DNA of 64,000 nucleotides from Narcine bancroftii (Eukaryota): NCBI RefSeq assembly GCF_036971445.1, contig NC_091474.1, positions 161,510,001-161,574,000 on the forward strand, written 5' to 3'. A model generated the notes under the pieces. The model ran no database searches. It saw nothing but the letters and a program-made list of their open reading frames with translations, and was not told where the DNA came from. Positions 40,487 through 52,569 of the stretch are shown in pieces (within the stretch, counting starts at the first letter, position 1; each line of letters starts with the position of its first letter). A program made the translations under genes and the position numbers.

Positions 40487-40556
40487 CTTTGCTGTCCTGC
40501 CGTGCTCAAGACAGTTCTGAAGATCAAGTTTATCATGATACATGGCAACCAGTGGT
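40487..40556 (-). CDS. DNMT3A: DNMT3A exon (exon 21 equivalent)
   Basis: Translates (R)PLVAMYHDKLDLQNCLEHGRTAK. 70 nt; polyT-cag acceptor, AAG|gttagt donor; phases fit both neighbouring exons. Confidence 0.95.
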
Positions 40557-41156
40557 CTGAAAAAAAGAAGATTTGATCAGATTGCCACTCATAGATTTGA
40601 ATTAAGCCATAAACAGATAGATGAATGTACATTTCAAACATATTTCCTCATTCAAAACACAGGATCAAAGTTTGTAAGTGAGGCAACGTCAAAACTTCCT
40701 ACTGTTGCATTCAACAAACTTTTTTTTTCCAGTCTTCTTGGTAAACATCAAATGCATGTTTCCTGAATAAGTTGATACTAATTCTGTGTGTTAATTTTGT
40801 TGTTTTTCTGTAATAGATAAAACAACATATCCACTGGTGATTATGAATGAAATATGAAGTACAGAAAACAAGAAAAATGGAGACTTGAAACAATGATTAA
40901 TTTAGTAAATTGTAGTTGCATAAATATAGGAAATTGCAGATGTATCATGAAACTTGATTTTGATGAATCAGCTGGAGCCAAATTAAAATACTGAATGGTC
41001 TTCCTCATTTGTCATCCAAGTTGCCATTTAAATTAGTAGCATAGTTTTGTAAAGGCTTTTGGCTGCTCAACTACTTTTAAAGTCATTCAATACATTACAA
41101 CAAAAACATTATGAACTTTTAAAAAAAAACATGTATTTGACTCTATTGCTTTAGGC

Positions 41157-41529
41157 CAGTGGTTCTCAACCTTTTTCCTTCCACTCACATACCACTTTAA
41201 TATTTCCTATGCCATAGATGCTCTGTGATTAGCAAGGGATTGCTTAAGGTGGTATGTGGGTGGGAAGAATCATTTGAGAACCACTGTTTTAATCGTACCT
41301 CATTGACTCGTTATGTGCACGGTTTCATAACTCCAAAGGAAATGGGCCAATGACAATTTTTATCCAGCAAAATATTTCAGTAACAATTGGGTCTAGAGCA
41401 TTGATTCTCAACCTTCCCTTCCCACCCACATCCCACCTTAAGCAATCCCTTACTAATCACAGAGCACTGATGGCATAGGGATTACTTAAAGTGGAATGTG
41501 AGTGGAAAGAAAAAGGTTGAGACCCACTG
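41157..41529. mobile_element. Composite hAT MITE
   Basis: Perfect 8-bp TSD CTTTAGGC around the whole composite (41149-41156, 41530-41537). Confidence 0.9.
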
Positions 41530-44500
41530 CTTTAGGCAGTGAATAAATGACCAAGAAGTCCACAGTTCAATCTCTACTTGAAGCTGAGTAAACAATCTCA
41601 GCCATTTGGCATTCAGGCCATGAAAATTAGATTGAAATCACCAATTTGGTGATGTATGGAAGAGCTGCATTTTTCTAAAGTGAGCTGAGCAGTGAGCTAA
41701 TGCTTGGTGGTGTTGTGTCTGATAGAAAGATATGGAGCCTCATTGCCTTTTTGCAAAGAAGAAGAACTAAGAAGCTAATGCCTTTAGCAAAGAGAAGCAG
41801 TGAAAGTGATTTCATAAAAGAGTAGATTCCAATAAAATAATTTAAGGATGGAGCTGTTAAGCTATTCCATATGGGTAAATGAATCAATATGCCCAAGCCA
41901 AATTTATTTTGAATGAACGACAAGCAGCTGGCAAGTATTTCTTCAGATATCAATGAATTATACTTCAGAGCACTTTTAAGCAGTCGCCTTTAGATCCCTG
42001 GTGGTTGAACCAAATCTTGGTGTTTGCAACTCTACAGAACATGCAGTTCATTAGATAAAGTCACCTACAGATCTATTCTTGGTAGGTAGGACCTAATTAT
42101 TTTATTTTTAATTGAATTTTTTCAGTGATTTTATATTTTTATTGAATCACATTTCCTGACCACCATCATTGCCACAGATCAGAAGAAATAGTTTAATTTA
42201 CAATTGAAATTTTGAATTAATCAAGAACACAAGAACTTCTTTGACTTACTTAATTATCCAATTCCCAAGACCTTTGAGCAAGAACTCAAAGAAGAAAGCT
42301 GCTGAATGTGGCATTGTTGATGCACGAGATAGTAAGAAAATTCATATTGTCTTGATGCTCAAAATAGATATGGAGCATAAGTGGGGCAAGATGCTCATAG
42401 GCCATAATGACAGGTCTTCTCAACACTAGCCCATCTATTTCTCTCTGAATATGCATTCAAGCTAGCGAAATGAAAAAAGCACAAAGTAAGCAGAATGTCA
42501 TATACATGGAGAATATAAAATGAATGGATAAGAAAAAATAGAATCTTCTCAAATTTTAGGAAAAAAAGTTAGTAGTTTTTAAGCTATTTCTTTTGGAGTA
42601 TCCTTTCTAATGAACTTCAGTGCTACAGAAGGTGAATATACCTCAGTATCTGGTAAGGTCAGCCTGAGCTGGTCATCAGGGGTGTAACTTTGTTTATTTC
42701 ATAATACAGCAATTGGATGAATGCTGTCAGCCATGAAGAATATCCACAAAATTCTTGGAAGGCTGGTTAAAAAGAGGCTGGCAATCTTACATACAGCATG
42801 GTTCAATCTCCAAGGTGGACAATTCCATTACATAGTGGAGGGCAATAAAATGACCCCAGAATATGTCAAGACTATATCTAACTGTCTCGACCATATTTCT
42901 ACAGCAATGAAACATCTGCGCCATCCCATCGGTAATTCTTCACCCATCCTTGAACTTTAATTATGACCAATGATATTCATTTCATATGCTTTATTCTATA
43001 TTTAAGAAAATAAGTATTATTTGCATTATCCATCTGCGGTGTAGTAATCATAATTTCTCAAAAAAAATCCCTCAGTTTGACACAAGATATTAATGCACAA
43101 GTCTTTGGAATTGGAATCAAATCTGAAATCTTTTGATGAGATTATGTGACTGACTGATCTATGATTAATATGATTCAAACTGGATGGTGGCTGAAACTTT
43201 GATAATTAGGTTGCAGCCTGAACATTGTATTCACTCTATTCCAACTCAAACAAATGTGTATTAATTGCTAATCTTGATCCCAGACCTAATTTTTGAGCTC
43301 TTTCCAACCTAGTCACCAAATCTAATGTTCATAATTTTAAAGATGGACACTGATTATTTCAGCATGTGAACAAGATACCAAAGAAATGCCTCCTATATCA
43401 CAATATATAATTAGTATTTATTAGAGGCGTAATTTTAAAAGGGTCAATGCCTCCATTAAAATGTTGATGAGAAGGATTTTAAGAGCCCATTGAACAATAC
43501 CTTAGGGAGTCTGAGGGCAAAACTTGAATTATATTTCAAGTACTTGAGTCGGGAGTCAAAACTGAATTATATTTGTCTCACCTCTGGGCCTGAGAAGGAA
43601 TAAGAGCACATGGGCATTTGTTTTATACTGTGAAACAAGACAATCTCACAATTTTTGATGATTGAACTAGTAGTAAACTTTTGATGTGGCAATTAGGAAT
43701 CTTCCAGCATAGGGATGAAGCCAGAACTGTTCATATACATGCTGAGCAAAAAAACCATTCATAGGAAAATTCACAGAGCGGCGTGGTTAGCATAGTGTTT
43801 AGGGTAACGCTGTAACAGCGCCAGTGACTGGAGTTCGAATCCAGCGCTGTCTGTAAGGAGTTTGTATGCACTCCCCATATCTACATGTGTTTCCTTCAGG
43901 TGCTCCATTTTCCTCCCACCATTCATAAATGTACTAGGGGACACTAGTACTAGTACTAGTACTAGGGTTGGGGTGTAAGTCAATTGGTTGTAATTGGGTA
44001 GAACAAGCTTGTTGGCTGAAAGGGCCTGTTATCTGAATGTAAAATTTACTATATTAACGCTGACTTGATTACAATGAAGAAATCTTGAACAAAGGAAATA
44101 TTAATGAATAGAGAAAAAAACAAAATATTATAATGAAAGAGATAGGGTTAATAATCAAAGAATTCACTGATTTCAGTAAGAAGAAATATATGATAGAGGC
44201 CTGATCTCATATTCCCTTGTATACACATGCAAAAAGTTAAACTTAGAATCAATGAAAGCTTGGGAGAGAGAAAGATATAGAAACAATGAAAGTGAGAGAA
44301 AAGGACTCAAAACTGAGTGATGGGTTACCTGCAGAAAATTATTGGAGAAAAGACTCAATTTTGTTGATTGCCTGTGACATAGGAACAAAATTTAAAGACT
44401 GATTATTGTTTTGCTATTTTCATTAATTGGTAAGCAGAAATTTGGGATTGTGGATCAGACAACTACATGCAGGTGGAATGTCAGAATTAATTTTGTTACA

Positions 44501-45322
44501 TCCTCATTACATTTTTTAGATTTTCACTGACATCTGTTTATAAAAACAAATGCAGCCTACAATTGCCTATATCAATATGAGCTATCAACAGATATTATCA
44601 GTTTTCCCTTTCAATTAAAATATTCACCCTACAAACCATCAGAATGTGTGTCAAGAGAAACAGATTTAGTACAGAACGTTCAAAAGGATTCGCAAAATAT
44701 GTTTCATTGGTTTTCTATAAAGTCTGAATTCCCTCCATAGATGTGCTCTGACCTTTTTAGTATTTCCTGTGTTTTCTGTTTTCACTCTCATATATTTTAA
44801 GAAGTTTTTCAATCCTTAATGATAAATATATTTCTGACACACGAGTTAAAGTGTGGTGTGAAACATAAAGGACAAGAAAATATAAAAGGACATAATCAAA
44901 TACAATAAATGGAATTAAAACATGGACAATTTATAGATATAACTAATTATGCAGCATTTGTCAAGGACTTGTTAACTGTTTGAAGCTCCAGTATTCTTTT
45001 CAACCTGCCAGTGAATTTCATAAATTCACAATCATATTGAATACATTGCAGAGATGGACTTGCTCTGCAGAAATAGGAAAATTGTCCAATAAATATCAAC
45101 ATGTCATTTGTCAACCAATCAAAATGTAGGTAACATACGACAGAGAACAGGATGTTTCTTGCAAAAAAGAGGTCTGCAGAGGAAACAAGAAGACGATTAA
45201 AACTCAGATCAAATGGATATCTATTCTCCTTCACAAAAGGTTCTTTGTCCATGGATAGAATACTCTACTGAGTCTCACTGTGTCATGCTGTCCACTGGCT
45301 AATTCTCAGTATGGCTCCCTCA

Positions 45323-45424
<102 letters not shown>

Positions 45425-47329
45425 CTATCATAAAAAGAGGAAAATATAAATTTATTAATTTCATGAAATGGAACATTTATATTTTGAGTGAAATCTTCTT
45501 TCATCCCTTATTACCTTTCCCATCCCATAATTTAAGATGTCCAAAAAACATTTTTTCAATTTAAACTTCCAGCATGGTTTTGACCACTGACAATGCATAT
45601 TAAGAACACAGGTATGGTTTGACTTTTGATCCATTATAATTCTGCTGGGCTTGAAACTATATTTACAATGAACACATCCTGCTGTCAGATGCCAATGACA
45701 AGAGGGAAAATAGCTCCTGAAATGAACTTTAAATAAGGTTACTATTGCACTATCTCCCATTATAATCGCTCAGACAGCATACAGACTGTGTTGTTTTGAC
45801 GCACTAAATGAGAAGTCCATTCTAAAGTTGCATTGAGTGTTTCACTGTTTATTGGAACTCTTAAAATAATTAAACTATACTTAAAACAATTAGTAAAACA
45901 GACAATAAAATGTTAATAACGATCAAAAGGAATTATCCAGAACATCTGGTCCTACTCTGTGCAAAATCAAATTCAAAACTAAATTGTTTATCTCAAACAT
46001 GCAGAAAAAAACCTTGGTGTAATGGCTTGGTATATGGAGACATACTCATGGAATTCGTAAACAATATTCTTGCTGCTGGTTTCTTGCAAATCATTTAAAG
46101 TCATTTTAACTCTTACAATACTGGCCCCTAATTATTACATTTTCAAATAATAATTACCATAACAAAGAAAAAAATTGAATATAATAATACATCAGATAAA
46201 TATTCAAAAGAAAGTGAAAGTCAATCATTAAAGCTTTCTGCTTCTTATAAAAGACAGATTTTGGTAATTGGTCTGTTCATAAAGCCATTTTAGTCTTAAT
46301 CTGCTTTGCTCTGGCACTATCCAGTGCCTGAACAAGATTCTCTTTATTGAGGGCACAAGATGGGTCTTTTTTTCCCTTTCTCTTTCTCTTCTTGGACATA
46401 GAAAAGGTAAAGACTCAACAACATTAGTTCCTCAAATTCATCAACATCCACTCTGCCTTCTATTTTCTTTTCCTGTAATTCTGGATCCAATTTTACAACT
46501 TCCAAATTCAGTTTCATTTTCTGATGATTTATCTTGAAGTCTTTTATTCCATTCTCTCTCTGCATTTAGTTCTTTCAATAGTAATGTTTCCATGATCTTC
46601 TGAGAAGTTAGCAACTTAACTTGAAGTAAAAAGGTTATTTGATGCATTGGTACCTCTGCTTTCAGCCTTTTTGTAGAATGCTCGAGATGTTTGAATTTTT
46701 TCACCTTGCTTCTTACATTTGATGAAATGTAATTCCACTTTCTTTCTTTCTGCATTGTTATTAACTAGGTTTTCAAGAATGCACCATGATTGTTTTCCAT
46801 AGTCAGTTGTCTTGTTCTCTTTCAAAAAATCAATGTCCTTCTCCAACCCTTTGCATCGTGATGAAGCTGAATCCCTTTGTTCAAAAACTGCATTAATTTA
46901 TTTAGCTGTTATTCTTTTCTTCAGCTTGTTTTTATAAATTCTATTTGCAATTATTTGTCCATTCTCTGATCGTCTCTCTTGGTTACTTACAAAACTGAAG
47001 AATTATCAGATTTAGTTTTGTTTCCAAGTACAAAGTTAAAACCTTTTTGATCACTATATTCTGGAATATCCAATATTTCTAAGTCTTTTATGAACATTTT
47101 GTTCTCTGAAGACAGTTGCAGCATACTGTCAATGAAATGCTCCTTTATACCATGAGCACAATTTTCTGTGTTCGCCCATTTTAAAACAAGATGCAAGATT
47201 TCTCCGTTGATCTTGTTTGCTGGTGCATCTGGGTTACAAAAGCTACTTTCAGATTTGTTCCCAGACATTTGTTTCATTACTGCCCTGGATTAAGCTTTGC
47301 AGGAGTAATCACCAGCAGTATTTGAAAGT

Positions 47330-47940
47330 AAAGCACAGGATTCTGTTGACACTGTGGTTAAGTTGGAAAAAAACACACACACACAAAAGCTGGAGAAACT
47401 CAGAAGATCAAACAGTGCCTTTATGTAGCAAAGGTGAAGATACATCACCAACATTTCAGGCTTGAGCCCTTCGTGAAGGTGTGGGGGAACATGAGAGATG
47501 TCCAAACAAAAGGTGGGAGGGGGTGGTGAGGGTGGGAGATGATAGGTGGAGGGGAGAAGTCTAGGCAGGGTGGAGAGGGAAAGGAAGTAGGAACAGGAAT
47601 AACTAGTTAAAGGGGGGAGAAAAGCAAGCGTATTGGTAGAATGCAGTGAACTCATTGTTCATGCCCTGGGGTTGGAGGGTGTCCAGATGAAAAATGAAGT
47701 GTTGTTCCTCCAATCTGCAGGTGGTCAGGGTGGGGCAGTGCGAAAGACCACGGACAGACATATAAGTTTGAGAGTGTGACAAAATTGAAATGGTTGGCCA
47801 CAAGGAGGTCCCTTTTGTTGTGGATGGAGATGAGATGCTGGGTGAAGTGATCTCCTAATCAGAGACCGGTCTCTCTGATCTAGAGAAGGCCATAGAGGGT
47901 GCACTGGATGCAGTAAATGAGTTCTTTGGAGGCACACCTA
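47330..47940 (-). mobile_element. Penelope-like 3' fragment nested in the BEL element
   Basis: RLEEQHFIFHLDTLQPQGMNNEF is the PLE GIY-YIG C-terminus, followed by the pyrimidine-rich tract and terminal repeat. Confidence 0.8.
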
Positions 47941-47999
47941 TTATCTTCCACCCTCACAACTCCCCTCCCCTTCCCCCTTTTGTTTGAAACACCTGTACC

Positions 48000-48960
48000 T
48001 CCAAAAAACTCATTTAAATAAAAGTGTAAGAAAATTTATTTGTTGAGACAAAATGCCTTGGATGGCATTGGAAAAATTAATGTGGAAATATGAATGGGGA
48101 GATTATGAACGCCTAATTTTAAAAATTACTATAACGCAGCTCAACTTAGACTTTTGTCCTCTTGTTATCAGATTGATGAAAAGACAGCGTGGGCACAAAT
48201 TGAAATGAGTAAAATAGGAGAAAATAATTCTGAGCACATTTTGTATAAATGGCATGAAGGATTTTTGTGAGGGCAAAAAGATACACCAATTTTGAAACAT
48301 ATACTTAAAAGTATGGAATGGAATACATGTCGAAAGAGGAATGAAGAATTATCAATTGGCTAGAATGTTATTATAGCAAAATCTTTTGATTCCTTTTACG
48401 GTTAATAATGTTTATTTTGACATTTGATATAATTGTGGAATAAAAAGGATAAAGGATTTTTTTGGGCTCTTTTTTGACTTTTGACCAATTGAAAGATAAG
48501 TATAATATACCAAATAATACCATTTTTTCTTATTATCATATTAAATCATATTTAAAAAGAAAGTTAGGAATGATTTTAGATTACCTGACAAAGTCAATTA
48601 GAATACTTAAAAACTGATAAGTTTATCAAAAGATTCATTACTAATAAGTATATAAAATTGCAAGAGACTATGCAGAAAAAGGATCTAATTAAATCTAAAT
48701 TGAGATGGGAAAGTGATTTAAATATACAAATTCAAGAAGTAGTAGGGTCAAAATTTTGTTATGAAAGTGTAACTAATACAATTCATGTCAGATACTAAAT
48801 GGAACAATTCAATTTTTTACATCAATTATATTATACTCCATAAAAATTAAATGGAATTAATTCAAATTATTCTGATCAATGTTTTAGATGTAATAAAGAA
48901 GAAGGAACTGTTTTACATGCAGTTTGGCAATGTGAAAAAGTAGAAAAATTTTGGGAAGAT
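48000..48960 (+). mobile_element. Old L1 ORF2 3' fragment nested in the BEL element
   Basis: PNFKNYY.AAQL and CFRCNKEEGTVLHAVWQCEKVEKFWED are homologous to 11500-12360 but diverged. Confidence 0.8.
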
Positions 48961-49050
48961 GTAAGTTGGGACGAATTATGAAGATGCAAGTTTTGACATA
49001 AAGTTTTGACACCGTCATGACATTGCAACATCCTCTGAGAAAGAGAGCGT

Positions 49051-49812
49051 TGTTACGGAGTCCAGAGGACACAAAAAACCAGCAGCAATAGATATGCTCC
49101 ACAACACAAGGTTACTTCAACAAAAGGAGTTTTTAATTATATTTGAACAAGAAAACAAAATTAAACTTTAACTTATTACTTAACCAACCTAACAACTCAA
49201 TTCCACCCCCCCCCAATACTAAATGCAGGTGTGTGTAATGTATATTTAAGATTAGAAAAGTTCTTTGGATCACAGTCCAATCTCACTGGTTGCAGGCAAT
49301 TCTTGTACTGTGCACAGAAGTTAGCATTAACAAAGTTCACCAGTCTTTGGTGCATAACAAGCAAATGGTTACCACTCAGGAGTGTTCTCGCTGGTTTTCA
49401 GAGAGAGATTCCTTTTCCAGGACATCCGCAACTGATTCCTTCTCAATCAGACTTGTTGACGAAACTTGCCCCTTTCAGGGTTCTCCAGATGATCCTCTTT
49501 CTTTCAGGTCACCTTTCACACCACCAGTCTTCTCCTTTGACCAGGTACCCTTCCAAAGTTTGCTAGCTTGTCTCTCTGGAACAGATTTCTGTGTCTCTCC
49601 TTTCTGCTTCACATCCTCCCACTTTGAGAGCAAAACTCTTCTCCTCTGCCTGCAAAGATCACATGCTTTCCCAAGCAAGCTGCTGTTGATACTTTGTTGC
49701 TTCCTGCAAAAAGCATTCAGCAAAAGTCCTGCAAATATTCTGTGTTTTAAAATGTGTGTGTCCAAGCTGCTCTAACAATTCCTCCCAAACCACCTCTAAA
49801 TACTCTGTCACA
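49051..49812 (-). mobile_element. Solo LTR inserted in BEL gag
   Basis: TGT...ACA termini; 4-bp TSD GCGT/GTGT (CpG decay); removing it restores gag AY|ALFL. Confidence 0.85.
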
Positions 49813-49860
49813 GTGTAAGCTTGTAAACTCTTCATATCCTCTGGTCTTATTAACAACCAT

Positions 49861-50447
49861 TAACACCACCTACGGCTCCTAGAACGCTTCCACCAGCGTT
49901 GTCTCCGCTCCATCCTCAACATCCATTGGAGCGCTTACATCCCTAACGTCGAAGTACTCGAGATGGCAGAGGTCGACAGCATCGAGTCCACGCTGCTGAA
50001 GATCCAGCTGCGCTGGATGGGTCACGTCTCCAGAATGGAGGACCATCGCCTTCCCAAGATCGTGTTATATGGCGAGCTCTCCACTGGCCACCGTGACAGA
50101 GGTGCACCAAAGAAAAGGTACAAGGACTGCCTAAAGAAATCTCTTGGTGCCTGCCACATTGACCACCTCCAGTGGGCTGATAACGCCTCAAACCGTGCAT
50201 CTTGGCGCCTCACAGTTTGGCGGGCAGCAACCTCCTTTGAAGAAGACCGCAGAGCCCACCTCACTGACAAAAGGCAAAGGAGGAAAAACCCAACACCCAA
50301 CCCCAACCAACCAATTTTCCCCTGCAACCGCTGCAACCGTGTCTGCCTGTCCCGCATCGGACTGGTCAGCCACAAACGAGCCTGCAGCTGACGTGGACTT
50401 TTTACCCCCTCCATAAATCTTCGTCCGCGAAGCCAAGCCAAAGAAAG
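49861..50447 (+). mobile_element. 5'-truncated RTE copy inserted in BEL gag
   Basis: 12-bp TSD ATTAACAACCAT (49849-49860, 50448-50459); same family as 27472-31009; intact C-terminal ORF with C2H2 finger. Confidence 0.93.
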
Positions 50448-52569
50448 ATTAACAACCATGAAAGAGCCTTCTGTATATAAGCTCTAGAAATCTATACTTG
50501 TCCCAAAATCTTTCTCTAGTAACTACTTAGCCGGTTTGAATCCTACATCAGGATTAACATGTTGGTAACTCTTTACAAGTTCTCTTGTGAACCTGCTGAA
50601 AAAAAACCAATACTCCTGATGTTGACACCTAATTTGAATAATGCATTGAAAGCTTTTCAAAAATGAGTGGAATTCAAGGGGGTCACTATAAAAATAGGTA
50701 ATTTCTCTCTGATACAGAGAAGAGAGAGTATGTAACTGCATTAAGGATGCAGCTATCTATCTCATCTTGTCTTGTAATGCCCAGGTGTACATTACTTTGA
50801 CAACCCAGATTTCTAATACTTGCCAGGAGTGCCTGGTATGACCTTGTAAGAGATGGCATTTGGCTCCCATCTTTGTCCAATGCATTCATTGGGATTTGAG
50901 CTATGTCTTCTTGCATCAACCCAATTAATTTCTGATCCTGAACATCTCACACCATGCTTTAACCTTCCTGGTATAGGACCAAGCATGTATTGTGTTTGCA
51001 GCACTGGCTCAGCACTGAGTCTTAATCTGCTTAGTCCATGACCAAGCACTTCTTGTGGTTCTATCACTGGCTCAGCCCCCTGCCTAGACCTGTCTATTTC
51101 AGGACCAAGCCCGTATTGTGGCTGTAGCACTGGCTTAGCTATGTTATTCATTAGTTTCTTTTTCTGGACTCCTTCATCAAAATTTGATGCCTTCTAGCAC
51201 CAAATACCACTGAGCCTTCTAGTTTCTGTGACTGGCCTCATTAACAGCAATTTTTTTCTGTCCAGTTCCAATTGCTTCTTTTGCTTTTTTAGCTGCATTT
51301 CCTCTCCTCCATTCTTAGCTGCTCTTCTTCTCTTCGTCATTGTATCTCCTCCTTATCTTTGAAGTTCAATCCAAACTGAAGCATTTTCTTTTCTACTTTA
51401 AGAGCTGCTGTGTCTGCTTGAATTTTTAAATGAATAGATTCAGTACTTGAAACTCTGGAACACTATTGTTAGGTTCTGTACATCAGGTGCTGCTTTAATC
51501 TCTGACCATGATTTGGTTTTAGATTGTTCATCCTCCACACCACCATCTTGTGGCATAGCTTCAGCCACTACTGAGAGGTCGGTCTGGCCTCAAATTCAAT
51601 TAATGGTTTTTGCAGTAATTTTGTGGGATGTGTATCCCTCACAACTGTAATCTTTTTCTTATCTATATCTTCCCTCAGTCTTGCTGGAAGAGCTGCTTTG
51701 TTTCCTTTTGTATCTAATTGCCAACTTCACAATTCTTCTACAAGTTCCAATACTTTCATTTTTTTGACAAATAGCAGCTACAGCTGGTGTTTCTTCTCTT
51801 GTGTTGTTCAACACACTCAGACATTAAATATACACAAAAATCTCTCCAAAACCAAAACATTGGACAAGCAGTTATTGAAGCAAACTGTGTTCTAAATTGT
51901 AATAAACAACAAATAGAACATCCAATGGTCTTGGTTGTTCATGTTTGTGCCTCTTTATCAAACTGCTCTAAACAGAGCCCAATCAATCAAGCTTTCTCTT
52001 CCAAATCCAATTTCCAACTTCAATGTCTTCATTTCTGTCTTCTCTTGTCTAATGAGTCAATAATTTTCTTTGACTAAATATTGCAACTATTTCCCTTTAT
52101 AATCACTCACACAGTAGACAGATGGTGTTGTTTTGACTCGTTAAATAAGAAATCCATTCTAAAGTAGCATTGAGTTTTTCACTATTTATTTGAACTCTTA
52201 AAACAATTAAATATAATTAAAACAATTAATAAAACAGACAATAAAATGTTAATACATTCAAAATAACAGTCAAAAAGAATTGTCTAGACCATCTTCATTT
52301 TGCTCTGGTCCTACTCTGTACAAAAGAAAATTCAAAACAAAATTGTTTATCCCAAAAATGCAGAAAAAGACCTTGGCGTAAAGGCTTTTACTATGGAGAC
52401 ATACTTATGGAATTCGTAAACAATATTCTAGCTGCTGGTTTCTTGCAAAAATATGTTTGCAAGTCATTTTAACCCTTACAATTACACATACAAGTTCAGT
52501 TTCAATAAATCCACTCTTTTTTGTTCATGATGCAGAGAATCCTGTGCAGAAAATCTTGCTAAAGGCCAA

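Larger units (their letters stand above)
45743..52480 (-). mobile_element. Degenerate BEL/Pao LTR retrotransposon with nested insertions
   Basis: LTRs at 52079-52480 and 45743-46117 (TGTAAG start); 5-bp TSD ATTAC/GTTAC; PPT-like TTAGGGGCCAGTA next to the 3' LTR. Gag remnant LSSL..REI..F..DPLEFHSF...KALSW..IRPEDMKSLQAYALFLRGCCN; integrase tail KTKNGFMNRPITKICLL. Confidence 0.85.

Noticed and set aside
46344-47277. Chain of lysine/glutamate-rich minus-strand ORFs as a novel nested gene
   Set aside because: They lie between the BEL LTRs, contain many stops, and lead into the BEL integrase tail and PPT; best explained as decayed pol.
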